The translations under genes and the position numbers were made by a program. Below are positions 30,397-40,382 of a stretch of 64,000 nt of DNA, one piece after another (the first letter of the stretch is position 1; each line of letters opens with the position of its first letter). Source of the DNA: an uncultured Actinomycetota bacterium. Lineage in GTDB: Bacteria; Actinomycetota; Actinomycetes; JAHEKZ01. The notes beneath the pieces were generated by a model that saw nothing but the letters and a program-made list of their open reading frames with translations, made no database searches and had not been told where the DNA came from. The DNA lies in NCBI GenBank assembly GCA_963824605.1, contig CAWGPZ010000006.1:321864-385863 (forward strand), in the 5' to 3' direction.

Positions 30397-31370
30397 TGGA
30401 CGCGCCAATGGCTGCGGACACGTCTGGTTCCTCGGCGATGCCCGAGGCCCCGCCGGAGACCGTTGATGCTCCGGTCGCCATCGAGGCACACCAACTCGGC
30501 GTCAAGTTCCGGCGCAACCGCATCCGACACCGGCGACTCTCCGACCTGATCAGGCAGGAGAAGCAGGGGCGGGCGAGAAGTGAGTTCTGGGCGCTCCGCA
30601 ACGTGTCGTTTCAGATCACGCAGGGTGAGTCGGTAGGGATCATCGGGGCGAATGGCCAGGGCAAGAGCACCCTGCTCAAGCTGGTCGCCGGCACGCTGAT
30701 CCCCGATGAGGGGTGGGTGCGACTGGTGGGAGGAGTGGCACCGCTGGTCAACATCTCCGGTGGGTTCAAGGCAGACCTGACCGTTCGCGACAACCTGCAC
30801 ATCGTCGGGGGACTCCACGGCATGCTGCGTGATGAGGTCGAGGAGCGGTTCGACGACATCATCGACTTCGCTGAGGTCGGCGACTTCGTCGACACCCCGT
30901 TCCGGCACCTCTCCAGCGGCATGCGAACCCGAGTGGCGTTCTCCCTCATCACCTCCCTGGACGAACCCACCGTGATCATCGACGAGACGCTGTCGGTGGG
31001 CGACCGCTCGTTCAAGCGCAAGGCGTACGAGCGCCTCGACACGATGCTCGCGGGGGGCAGGACGGTCTTCATCGTCTCGCACAGCGAACGTCAGCTTCAG
31101 CGACTGTGCACGCGAGGGATCTATCTGCGCAGGGGCCGGGTGCAGGCCGATGGTGACATCGGAGAGGTGCTCCAGCAGTACAACGCCGACCGCGAGACCG
31201 AGGGGCACCCCGGATGGAAGGGCGAACGAAAGAGGGCGCGCCGCGAGCGACGTCAACGTCGCAGAGAGGCAGGGCGTCTGGCCGCCGCGGGCCTCTTGCC
31301 CACCGACAACGTCGACTTCGACGAAGAGGGTGAAGACCTTCCTGACGCTCCAGCGCCAAGGCAGGTCTAG
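30396..31370 (+). CDS. ABC exporter ATP-binding protein (TagH/Wzt-like).
   Basis: Walker A GANGQGKST, signature LSSGMRTRV and Walker B IIDE motifs. Its ATG shares a nucleotide with the permease stop codon. Confidence 0.8.
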   Translation: MDAPMAADTSGSSAMPEAPPETVDAPVAIEAHQLGVKFRRNRIRHRRLSDLIRQEKQGRARSEFWALRNVSFQITQGESVGIIGANGQGKSTLLKLVAGTLIPDEGWVRLVGGVAPLVNISGGFKADLTVRDNLHIVGGLHGMLRDEVEERFDDIIDFAEVGDFVDTPFRHLSSGMRTRVAFSLITSLDEPTVIIDETLSVGDRSFKRKAYERLDTMLAGGRTVFIVSHSERQLQRLCTRGIYLRRGRVQADGDIGEVLQQYNADRETEGHPGWKGERKRARRERRQRRREAGRLAAAGLLPTDNVDFDEEGEDLPDAPAPRQV

Positions 31371-31538
31371 CCGCGAGAGTGGTGCTGGTCGTTCCTGACC
31401 AGGACAGATCGGCGGAAGAACGCACCCAGCAGTGGGCGGACCACGGGGGTCTCTCGGTCACGACGCCCACCTCGTCGCACTCTCCCGAACGGGAGTGCAG
31501 GTGATCGCGAGGCCAAGGAGGGCGTGCGGCGCTGATGC

Positions 31539-32988
31539 TCAGCCGGGCACGTTACAGATGTTGTCATTGGCCTGCCGGATACCCGTGGAGTCACGGGGCT
31601 TCCTGACCACGACGCGATCCACGCCTTGCCAGTCGTCTCCGACGACCACCTCAACCGTGGTGCCGAGTCCCGGCCGCAGCACCCGCGTCGAACCGGGTAT
31701 CGCCGCGGTGACGGTTCGCGCCGCGTCCGCCCCAGACTTGTCGTAGCGGACCACGGTGGAGATGAAGTCGCTGCTCTCGGCGACGCCTACACCGATGACC
31801 GAGTAGCCCTTCGCGGCGAGCTCGGCGGCCGCGGTCGTCGCCCTCCCGTCAGTGCCGCTCCCGTTGAGCACACGCACCGACACCGAAGCGGGCGGGACTC
31901 TCAGGGGCTTGCCGTCGATCATCGTCGGGTCGGGCTGTGGGGGCGGGTACGACTCGTCGGCAGCGATCGCCTTCCACAGTGCGTTGGCTCTTCTTCTTGT
32001 TCCAGACCACCGTGTTCGGGTCGTCAGGGTTCACGATCCATGGTGAGGTCACGAAGGTGATGTCCTTGGGAGGGATACCCCGGACTTCCTGCGCGATCTG
32101 CCGCATGCGGTTGAGGTTCGCGAGCTCAGGGTCGGTGGTCAGTGACTTCGTGGCCGCCTCGAGGAACCGCACGAGCTTCACCGGGTTGAGAAGTGTGTTG
32201 GAGCTCTTTGCCTTGGTGATGAGTGAGGACAGAAAGGCCTGTTGACGGTCGATCCGATCGATGTCGCTTCCGGTGCCGATGGCCCTGACCCGGACGAACG
32301 CCAGGGCCTGGTCGCCCGTGACCGTGGTCGTGCCCGCCTCGAGGTTGAGGCCGCTCTTGGGCTCGACAACAGCTTCTGGAAGGCAGACGTCGACGCCTCC
32401 GAGGGCGTCAACGATGTCGTTGAAGCCGGAGAAGTCGACGATGATGAAGTGGTCGATGAACACGCCGGTGTTCTGTTCGACGGTCTTGATCGTGCAGCCT
32501 GGCCCACCGGTCGAGAAGGCGGAGTTGAACCGGTCGGTGTAGGGGGTGGACTGTCCTGTCTGTGTCTTGCACGAGGGGATGTCGAGAACGGTGTCGCGCG
32601 GGATGCTCACCACCAGGGCACTCTCGCGGTCGGCCGGAAGGTGAACGAGCAAAGTGGTGTCCGATCGCGCCCCAGTGATCTCAGCCTCTGGGCCGTAGCC
32701 CCGGCCCTGCCCTGCCCTGGTGTCCGACCCCATGACCAAGATGTTGAGCGGCTCGTTCTCGACATCGGCCGGCCTGGCCACCTTCGTCGGGCGATCGGTG
32801 CCGACGTTGTCCGAGGTGAACACGTCGACCTTGCCGATGTTCCCCTCGAAGCGTTGGTAGAGGTAGAAACCGGTGGCCGCGCCGGCGACGACCAGCAGGG
32901 CGACGATCACCGCCAGCCACTTGACGGTTCGGCGCAGCCGCGGGTGGCCGGAGGAGATCTGCTCCTCCGGTGGTGCGGTGTCCGACAT
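31539..32988 (-). CDS. Second LCP family protein. Its LytR_C domain lies in the +1 frame (apparent frameshift near 31970).
   Basis: The LCP core is in the 31849..32988 frame. The LytR_C domain (VSVRVLNGSGTDGRATTAAAELAAKGY) is in the 31539..31922 frame. The junction VVWNKKKSQR / ALWKAIAADESY aligns to VEWDAKKAALVFDSIEKDE of the first LCP. Confidence 0.7.
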
Positions 32989-33058
32989 GGAGTCCTCGTC
33001 GTCGTGGGTCGAGATCGGTCGCGTGCGATATGGGCCGGCCCTGCAGGATACGGACTCT

Positions 33059-33835
33059 TCAGGCCAGGATCCGAATTGAGTCTGGGGGTGCTACGCCCTC
33101 AGGAAGGGTTCCGGCCACAGCCGTCACCCGTTCGGATACCCACCGTGAGACGCAGTGCTCGGCCTCCGGGTTCCCCACCCAGACGACGCTGGCGCCCGCG
33201 GCAAGTGGTGCCAGCCACTGGTCCACCACGTCGCTGATCCCGTTCAGGGAGCCCAAGGCGGCGACCCGGTCGGTCGCGACGATATCGAGGGCCCCGGCGC
33301 GGGCCTCGGCGGCCGCACCGAGCTCTCCTGCTGGTCCCACAGGACCCGCCACCTGATCGGGCATCAGGCGCACATCGACCGTGAAGTCACGGACGAGCGG
33401 GGGGAGCGAGGTCTTGAAAGGGGCGGCCAAGGGGGCAAGTGAGACCGCGAAGACCTCGTCGGCGTCCGGTGGCTGCCCCACGAGCTCGGGCCCGATCACG
33501 GCGACGTCGACACGCCCATGGCTGGCCCCGACGCCCGACCCGGCCCCCACCGTCCGCTGTACGACGGCGCCGAGGTGGACCTCCGCCCCCACCGCATCGG
33601 CGGCAAGCACCCAGACCGCCGTGGTCCAGTGACGCGGCAGGTGGAGCGAGATCGTGGCGCCCGGCCCCACTCCGCACTCCAGAATCAGCAGGTTGATGGT
33701 CTTGGCCACCCAGTTCGCAAGGGTGGTCGTCGACAGCTCGACACGTTCGCCGGTGCGGTCGTCGTAGTAGGTCAGGCGAGGGCCGGCCGGATCGCTGGTC
33801 AGGGCCTGCCGCAGGTGTTCGGAAGTAGAGGTCAC
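33059..33835 (-). CDS. Conserved actinobacterial protein (TIGR03089-like), neighbour of the LCP/cpsA locus.
   Basis: 258 aa from GTG 33835. The 439-aa ORF-track version extends through Ser/Thr-rich sequence. Family assignment is from memory of the mycobacterial cpsA neighbour and is weak. Confidence 0.45.
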   Translation of the reverse strand: MTSTSEHLRQALTSDPAGPRLTYYDDRTGERVELSTTTLANWVAKTINLLILECGVGPGATISLHLPRHWTTAVWVLAADAVGAEVHLGAVVQRTVGAGSGVGASHGRVDVAVIGPELVGQPPDADEVFAVSLAPLAAPFKTSLPPLVRDFTVDVRLMPDQVAGPVGPAGELGAAAEARAGALDIVATDRVAALGSLNGISDVVDQWLAPLAAGASVVWVGNPEAEHCVSRWVSERVTAVAGTLPEGVAPPDSIRILA

Positions 33836-33941
33836 GCGAGCTAGGGTAGGGACTCGTCTCCAGCCGGGCCCCTGTCCGGCCGATGGCACCAGGGAATCCT
33901 TTTCCCATCGGACCACCGACTTCCCCCCGGAGAGGCTCCTC

Positions 33942-36581
33942 GTGCGTTTCCCCCGTCCGGCACCAGCCGGAGCGATGTTCGCCGTCGTGCTCGTCGTGCC
34001 CACCGCGATCATCGCGCCGTCCTTCACCGCCTCCTCGCCCACGCCGCACCCAGTGGCTGCCGAGGTGCAGTCAGTTCGCGTCACCGGGGTCGACCGGGGT
34101 GCGCTGCGCCAGGCGCCGGTCCCCGACGAGCTGGAGTCGACGTGGCGCAAGATCGCCACCAGGTCGACCGCAGCGCGGGCGGCCGCTCGCCCGCCGGTCG
34201 CGGTGACCGAGCCGATCGAGACCGACGACTTCCGGATGCTCGGTGTCACCTGGACAGGTGCAGCGCCCAGCGAAGAGGGTGCCGTGCTCGTGACAGCCCG
34301 TACACGTACCGAGAACAGCTGGACGGAATGGTTCGAGGTTCCGACCAGTGTCGACACGGGTACCGAACCTTCACCCAACGGTCGCTACGGAACGGTGCCG
34401 TACTGGGCGGGCGACTCCGACGCCGTGCAGGTGCGGGTCGACGCCGTCGGCAATGCGCGTCCGACCGACGTTCGGGCAGACCTGATCGAACCCGGCACGT
34501 CCGAGGCCGATGCTGCGATCGGCGGCCAGTGGAGTGGCTCGACGGCGACGGCGGCCACCGAGCGTCCGCCGATCGTGACGAGGGCGGAGTGGGGGGCCAA
34601 CGAGTCGCTGCGCGACAAGAATCTGGAGAACAGCGACACCTTCAAGGTGGCGTTCGTCCATCACAGCGCGGGCAGCAACAACTACTCGCGGAGTGAGAGC
34701 CCCGCGGTCGTGCGCGGGCTCTACAGCTACTACGTCAATACGCTCAAGTACGCGGACATGGGGTACAACTTCCTCGTCGACAAGTACGGAACGATTTACG
34801 AGGGACGCGCAGGTAGCATCACCGAGCCGGTCCGGTCGGCGGCCTCCGGCGGTTTCAACACCGACACCTTGGCCGTTGTGGCCATGGGGAACTTTGAGAC
34901 GGCAACAGCCTCCGATGCCATGGTGCGTGGGATCTCGAAGGTCTTGGCATACCGGCTCTCCCACTACCACCGCGATCCGTTCGGCCGGAAGGTCTTGAAG
35001 GCCGAGGTCGGTTCGTCGAAGTACTCGGCGGGCACCAAGGTCAAGTTCAAGGTGATCTCGGGTCACCGAGACTCCCAGCTCACTGCGTGTCCAGGGGGGA
35101 ACCTGTACCAGCGGCTTCCCAAGATCCGGAACCTGGCCAAGGGATACATGGGCGCAAGCCTCATCGAACCGACGCTCTCGCGCACCAGCGTCCCAGTCGG
35201 GTCTGATGTCGCGATCGCCGCCCGAGCTCGCGTGACCCAGTCACAGAACTGGGCACTGACGGTGCGTGACCAATGCACCGGGACCTTGGTACAACGACTG
35301 AAGGGCACGGCGTCACCCACCGACCCGGTCAAGGTGGTATGGCGCGGACGGAACGAGAACGGCAAGCTCGCACCCCCTGGTCGATATCGAGTGACCCTGA
35401 CGAGCACCGGCAACGGCAGCAGCGCCTGGCCCTACGTGCGGTCGGTCGTCGTGGGCGTCGGCGGAGCCGCCGCCAAGCCCACGGAATCGTCACTCAAGGC
35501 GACGGCAGCCGGCACGTATGTACCGCAGCGCCCGCAGGCGCTGCTCTCGACGACGTCCGGCAAGGGCATCAAGAACAAGCTGATCCTTGGGCCGGACCGT
35601 CGTCTCGACGTTCAGGTTCTCGGCAGGGCCGGGGTACCGAGCAGCGGTGTCACGGCAGTGGCTCTGTCGGTCGAAGCGGACTGCGCGAGCAAGGGCACCC
35701 GGGTGACGGTCGGTCCCGACTCTGTGAGTGGGGCCGGGGCCCGAGCCCTCTCGGTCAACCGCAACGGCACGGCGCGTGCGTTCGTCGTGGTGCGCGTCGG
35801 ACCTGACGGGGGCGTTCGCTTCCAGAACTCGGCGGGCGCTGTCGGCCTGAAGGCATCGGTCGTGGGGTATCTCAGCACAAACGGCGGAGGCGGCGCGTTG
35901 AAGCCGCTGAATCGCACCTCGTTGGGCGGCGCCAGCCCACTCCCGGTGGGCACGTCCTCGGTGCCCGTTGACGTCGCCGGCCGGGCTGGGGTGCCCGTCG
36001 ATGCCAAGGCAGTCGTCCTGGCGATCCGTCGGGCGGAGAAGTCGCCGGTCGGGGCCGTGTGGGCATGGCCTGCTGGTACCGGGAAGCCGGCAACGCCGAC
36101 GTGGAAACGTCCGCGAGGGAGCGCCAGTGTGTCTCAGGTGGTGGTGCCGCTGGGTGGCAACGGAGGAATCCGGGTGGCCGCCGACCGGTCTGGATCGGTG
36201 GCGCTCGACGTCGCGGGGTACGTCGCCGCCGACGGAACACGCTCGGTGCACCCCGTCGTGCCGAAGTCATTGCTCGGAAGTGGCACGCGCCTGGGCAAGG
36301 GCGACGCCACGACCGTCAGCGTGCGCGGCCGTGCCGGCGTTCCGTCCGATGCCACCGCAGTCATGGTCCAGGTCACCGGATCGGCGGGCAAGAACCAGGG
36401 GCGGCTCACCGTCTGGCCGAGGGCTGCGAACGAGCCGAAGTCTGCAGACCTCGTCGTCCCAGCCCGGGCAGGGCGTGAAACCCTTGCCGTGCTGCGCCTC
36501 GGCAAGGGGGGCGACGTCCGCCTGCGCGCCCGCGAGGCCAGTCTGCGGGCGAACCTGACGGTCGTCGGCTGGATCCGGTAA
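33942..36581 (+). CDS. Secreted N-acetylmuramoyl-L-alanine amidase (Amidase_2/PGRP domain) with three C-terminal ~100-aa repeat modules.
   Basis: Signal peptide. Amidase_2 motifs RAEWGANES and AFVHHSAGSNNYS...GYNFLVDKYGTIYEGR. Three modules of the form G.AGVP..A.AV..... to V.G[YW]. Confidence 0.7.
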   Translation: MRFPRPAPAGAMFAVVLVVPTAIIAPSFTASSPTPHPVAAEVQSVRVTGVDRGALRQAPVPDELESTWRKIATRSTAARAAARPPVAVTEPIETDDFRMLGVTWTGAAPSEEGAVLVTARTRTENSWTEWFEVPTSVDTGTEPSPNGRYGTVPYWAGDSDAVQVRVDAVGNARPTDVRADLIEPGTSEADAAIGGQWSGSTATAATERPPIVTRAEWGANESLRDKNLENSDTFKVAFVHHSAGSNNYSRSESPAVVRGLYSYYVNTLKYADMGYNFLVDKYGTIYEGRAGSITEPVRSAASGGFNTDTLAVVAMGNFETATASDAMVRGISKVLAYRLSHYHRDPFGRKVLKAEVGSSKYSAGTKVKFKVISGHRDSQLTACPGGNLYQRLPKIRNLAKGYMGASLIEPTLSRTSVPVGSDVAIAARARVTQSQNWALTVRDQCTGTLVQRLKGTASPTDPVKVVWRGRNENGKLAPPGRYRVTLTSTGNGSSAWPYVRSVVVGVGGAAAKPTESSLKATAAGTYVPQRPQALLSTTSGKGIKNKLILGPDRRLDVQVLGRAGVPSSGVTAVALSVEADCASKGTRVTVGPDSVSGAGARALSVNRNGTARAFVVVRVGPDGGVRFQNSAGAVGLKASVVGYLSTNGGGGALKPLNRTSLGGASPLPVGTSSVPVDVAGRAGVPVDAKAVVLAIRRAEKSPVGAVWAWPAGTGKPATPTWKRPRGSASVSQVVVPLGGNGGIRVAADRSGSVALDVAGYVAADGTRSVHPVVPKSLLGSGTRLGKGDATTVSVRGRAGVPSDATAVMVQVTGSAGKNQGRLTVWPRAANEPKSADLVVPARAGRETLAVLRLGKGGDVRLRAREASLRANLTVVGWIR

Positions 36582-36641
36582 AACCGCAGCTCAGAGCGGA
36601 GATGCTCAGGTTCATCGCCGCTCCTGCCGAGACACCACTCT

Positions 36642-39314
36642 GTGACGGGTGTGACGTGTGAGACGAGCCGGAGAACGAGTCCCCACCTCTTGCGCACGGT
36701 GGTGGTCGCCATCATTGTCGCCACCTTGGTGGGCGGCTTCCTCTCCCTCGTCGCCGCCCCAGCGAGGGCTGGCGGAGCCGTAGAGGCGTACAGCCGTCCG
36801 TCCAGCGGGGTCTTCCAGCTCGATGGACTCGGCTACGGGCATGGCATCGGCATGTCGCAGTTCGGCGCCGAGGGGATGGGGCGTCTGGGCAAGGGCTACC
36901 GCGAGATCGTCAAGTTCTACTACCCGGGTACGCGCCTGGCAGAGGTGTCGTCCAGCCGTCAGATCAGGGTCGGGCTCTCGGGCATCGTCGGCAGTACTCC
37001 ACAGGGGACCGGGGTCGTCGTGCCGGCGCGCTCGGGTCTGTCCCTCAGCCACAGAGGCAGCGCCATCGCACTGCCGGCCAACGTGGGCGGCAAGTCGGTG
37101 TCGACGTTTCGCGTGGTCAGGGGCAGCGCAGGTCTTGCGGTCTGGGCGGTCTCGTCGGCCAAGGCAGTGAAGGTGGCCGGAGGGCTCGGCGGATCCGTGA
37201 GATGGCGCACCAGCTCATCGGTGTCCAAGAGCAAGGTGGGCGTTCAGGCGTCCAATGGCAACAAACGGACCTACCGAGGGTTCCTCGACGTCGTGGCCAG
37301 TCCGTCGTCGGTCTACGTCGTGAACCGCCTGCTGCTCGAGGACTACTTGCGGTCGGTGGTCTCATCTGAGGTTCCCAGCTCGTGGACGGAGGCGGCCCTC
37401 CGGGCCCAGGCAGTGGCGGCACGCAGCTACGCCCTGCTCGCCCAGGTCAACGCGCGCGCGGCCAACCGGGCCTACGACATCTGCGACACCACGTCCTGCC
37501 AGGTGTACTCCCCGATCTCGGCCGAGAGTGCAGCTGAGGTGTCGGCGGTACGGGCCACAGCGCATCGCTACCTCCGCGCGAACGGTCAGCCGGTCTTTGC
37601 GATGTTCAGCTCTGCCAATGGCGGGTACTCGGTGGCCGGGAGCCGCTCGTACCTCGTCGCCAAGAAGGATCCCTACGACGGGGTGGTGACCGGAGGCGCA
37701 AACTGGGGCCACAGCTGGTCGACCTCAGTGAGCGCGTCGAAGATCGAGAGTGCCTGGCCGCAGATCGGAACGCTGAAGACGTTGAAGGTGCTCGGTCGAG
37801 ATGGCAACGGCTCGTGGGGTGGGCGGGTCCTGTCCGTGGGCCTTGTGGGGAGCAAGAGCACCGTGACCGTGTCAGCCGACAGCTTCCGCTGGGCTGCTGG
37901 CCTCAAGAGCACCTGGTGGACGATCACGAACGTCGATGGCACCGGCCTGTCACCGGCGAAGAACGTGCGCGTCGCGAAGGGAGATCTCTCGGCGGTCGTG
38001 CGCTGGGGGCCCCCGGCCACTGATCGTGGCGTCAAGGCGTACCGGATCATCATCTCGTCGACCGACCAGACCCACCGGGTGAGCAGTGACGCCCGTCGGC
38101 TGCGGATCACGGGGCTGACCAACGGGAAGCAGTATCGAGCCAAGGTTGCTCCGATCTATCGCTCGGGTCGAGGTCCCCTCGCCGCGACACCAGCTTTCGT
38201 GCCGTCCTCGTCCTACTCCTACTTCCAACAGCTGGCGACGCGCCGCATCGTCGATCGAGGCGAGACACGTGCTGTGACGCGCGACGGCCAGGTATCTGTT
38301 TCCGTGGTCGGATCGGGCCAGGCGCCTGAGCAGGGAACTCGTGCCGTTGCGGTGCGTGTGTCGGCAGCCAGTGCGGGGGACCCAGGTCGGGTCAAGGTCT
38401 GGCCATGCGGCGTGTCCGACCGGAGTCAGGTGGCCGTCACCTACCAGGCAGAGGGGTCGAACTCAGGCCTTGCCACGGTTCGGGTGCCGGCGAAGGGCAG
38501 GTTGTGTCTGGGAGCCAGTACGAAGCTGACATCGCTCGATGTCGACCTGCTGGGCTACTACACGTCGTCCGGCGTGGGCACCAAGGTGATGCGCTCAGTG
38601 GCCGTCCGACGCCTGGTGAACAGCAGCACCGGTCTCGGCTGGGGCAAGGGACGTCTGGCATCCGGCGAGCCGCGAACGGTCAAGATCGCCGGACGCGAAG
38701 GGGTGCCAGCTGATGCTCGCGCCGTTGTCGTGAACATCGGACTCGTCGAACCCACCGAGAATGCCACTGTGAGCACAGCTCCGAAAGGCACTCCCGTGTC
38801 ACTCGGGGCCGTCGTGCGAGCCCCGGCAGGATCGTGGCGCACCGGCACGACAGTTGTCCGGCTTGACGCCGACGGACGCCTCCCGCTGCGACTGACAAAG
38901 GGCAAGGCACACATAGAGGTGGACGTGCTCGGGTGGTTCCGCTCCCAGCAGGGGGACCGATCTGGCCGGTTCCGCACCGTCAAGGGATTCACCGCCCTTG
39001 AGTCGGGATCGTCAGGCGCGCTCTCTGCGGGGGAGTCGCGAACCGTGCGGGTGCGGGGTGCCGGCACCGACGTGCCGGGCGCAGCCTCGTCGGTGATGCT
39101 GCAGGCCATCGCCCGAGGCGATGGTTCGAGCGGGTACCTGACGGTGCTGCCCACCGGTTCGCTCAAGACCGCGCGGCCCTTGTTGGCGTTCGACAGGAAG
39201 GGCACGCATCGGACATTGATGGTCGTTCCGGTCGGTGAGGACGGGAAGATCACCGTCACCGCCAAGGGCAGCGCTGCGAGTGTGTCGCTCCGCGTGGTCG
39301 GCTGGTACTCCTAG
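36642..39314 (+). CDS. Secreted SpoIID/LytB-domain protein with an FN3 domain and three C-terminal repeat modules of the same family as the preceding gene.
   Basis: Signal peptide. SpoIID motifs GYGHGIGMSQFGA, LEDYLRSVV...ALRAQAVAARSYAL, YDICDTTSCQVY and SSANGGYS. FN3 at about aa 440-520. Three repeat modules ending DLLGYYTSS, DVLGWFRS and VVGWYS. Confidence 0.7.
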   Translation: MTGVTCETSRRTSPHLLRTVVVAIIVATLVGGFLSLVAAPARAGGAVEAYSRPSSGVFQLDGLGYGHGIGMSQFGAEGMGRLGKGYREIVKFYYPGTRLAEVSSSRQIRVGLSGIVGSTPQGTGVVVPARSGLSLSHRGSAIALPANVGGKSVSTFRVVRGSAGLAVWAVSSAKAVKVAGGLGGSVRWRTSSSVSKSKVGVQASNGNKRTYRGFLDVVASPSSVYVVNRLLLEDYLRSVVSSEVPSSWTEAALRAQAVAARSYALLAQVNARAANRAYDICDTTSCQVYSPISAESAAEVSAVRATAHRYLRANGQPVFAMFSSANGGYSVAGSRSYLVAKKDPYDGVVTGGANWGHSWSTSVSASKIESAWPQIGTLKTLKVLGRDGNGSWGGRVLSVGLVGSKSTVTVSADSFRWAAGLKSTWWTITNVDGTGLSPAKNVRVAKGDLSAVVRWGPPATDRGVKAYRIIISSTDQTHRVSSDARRLRITGLTNGKQYRAKVAPIYRSGRGPLAATPAFVPSSSYSYFQQLATRRIVDRGETRAVTRDGQVSVSVVGSGQAPEQGTRAVAVRVSAASAGDPGRVKVWPCGVSDRSQVAVTYQAEGSNSGLATVRVPAKGRLCLGASTKLTSLDVDLLGYYTSSGVGTKVMRSVAVRRLVNSSTGLGWGKGRLASGEPRTVKIAGREGVPADARAVVVNIGLVEPTENATVSTAPKGTPVSLGAVVRAPAGSWRTGTTVVRLDADGRLPLRLTKGKAHIEVDVLGWFRSQQGDRSGRFRTVKGFTALESGSSGALSAGESRTVRVRGAGTDVPGAASSVMLQAIARGDGSSGYLTVLPTGSLKTARPLLAFDRKGTHRTLMVVPVGEDGKITVTAKGSAASVSLRVVGWYS

Positions 39315-39347
39315 GGCGGTCTGCGCGGTCGGCCCTAGGCTGACGCC

Positions 39348-40382
39348 ATGCGCGAAGCGGTCCTTCTGGTCGGAGGTCAGGGCACTCGGCTGCGGCCGCT
39401 CACCCTGACCACTCCCAAGCCTCTGCTTCCGGTCGCCGGCGTCCCGTTCCTGACGCATCAGCTGGCCGCCCTACGCCAGGCGGGTGTTGAGCACGTCGTG
39501 CTGGCGACTTCTTATCGAGCCGAGATCTTCCAGGAGACCTTTGGCGACGGGTCGCCCGTGGGCCTGCGCCTCACCTATCTGCACGAGGACGAGCCGCTTG
39601 GTACGGGAGGCGCGATACGCAACGCGGCCGAGGGGCTGGTGTCGAAGCCGGATGATCCTGTCGTCATCTTGAACGGCGACGTGCTGTCGGGGCACAACCT
39701 CACAGCCCAGATCGACGCGCACGTGGCTCGTGGCGCCGACGTCACGCTGCATCTCGTCGAGGTTGACGACGCTCGCTCATATGGGTGCGTACCCACTGAT
39801 GACGATGGTCGAGTGACCGCGTTTCTCGAAAAGATGGAGAACCCCGTCTCGTCGTGGGTGAATGCGGGCGCCTACGTGTTTCGGCGTTCGGTGATCGATG
39901 CCATTCCTTCCGGTGAGGTGGTGTCGGTCGAGCGCGACACCTTTCCTGGGCTGTTGGCATCTGGTCGCCTCGTCCGAGCCTGGAAGGAGACCGCCTACTG
40001 GTGCGATGTGGGGACTCCGGAGGCCCTGGTCCGGTGCTCGGCAGACATCGTGCTCGGCATCGCCCCATCGACCGTTCAGCAGCTCGCCCCTGCGCCGGCT
40101 TGGTTCGCTGACGCCGATCGTCCGCCGGCTGATGCGCAGGTCTTTGGAGGGTCAGCTATCGCTGCCGGATCGGTGATCGAGTCAGAGGCCGTCGTCGATG
40201 CGTCGATCATCATGGCGGGTGCGCGGATCGGTGCCGGTGCGCAGATCACACGCAGCGTCATTGGAGCTGGCGCCATGGTGGGTGCCGGCTCCGTGGTCGT
40301 CGAATCCGCCGTGGGTGACGGGGCCGTCGTGGCCCCGGGCGCCCAGCTCGCATCGGGGTCAAGGGTCGAGGCGACTCCCTGA
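39348..40382 (+). CDS. Mannose-1-phosphate guanylyltransferase (GDP-mannose pyrophosphorylase).
   Basis: LLVGGQGTRLRPLT nucleotidyltransferase motif, followed by a left-handed beta-helix C-terminal domain. Confidence 0.8.
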   Translation: MREAVLLVGGQGTRLRPLTLTTPKPLLPVAGVPFLTHQLAALRQAGVEHVVLATSYRAEIFQETFGDGSPVGLRLTYLHEDEPLGTGGAIRNAAEGLVSKPDDPVVILNGDVLSGHNLTAQIDAHVARGADVTLHLVEVDDARSYGCVPTDDDGRVTAFLEKMENPVSSWVNAGAYVFRRSVIDAIPSGEVVSVERDTFPGLLASGRLVRAWKETAYWCDVGTPEALVRCSADIVLGIAPSTVQQLAPAPAWFADADRPPADAQVFGGSAIAAGSVIESEAVVDASIIMAGARIGAGAQITRSVIGAGAMVGAGSVVVESAVGDGAVVAPGAQLASGSRVEATP

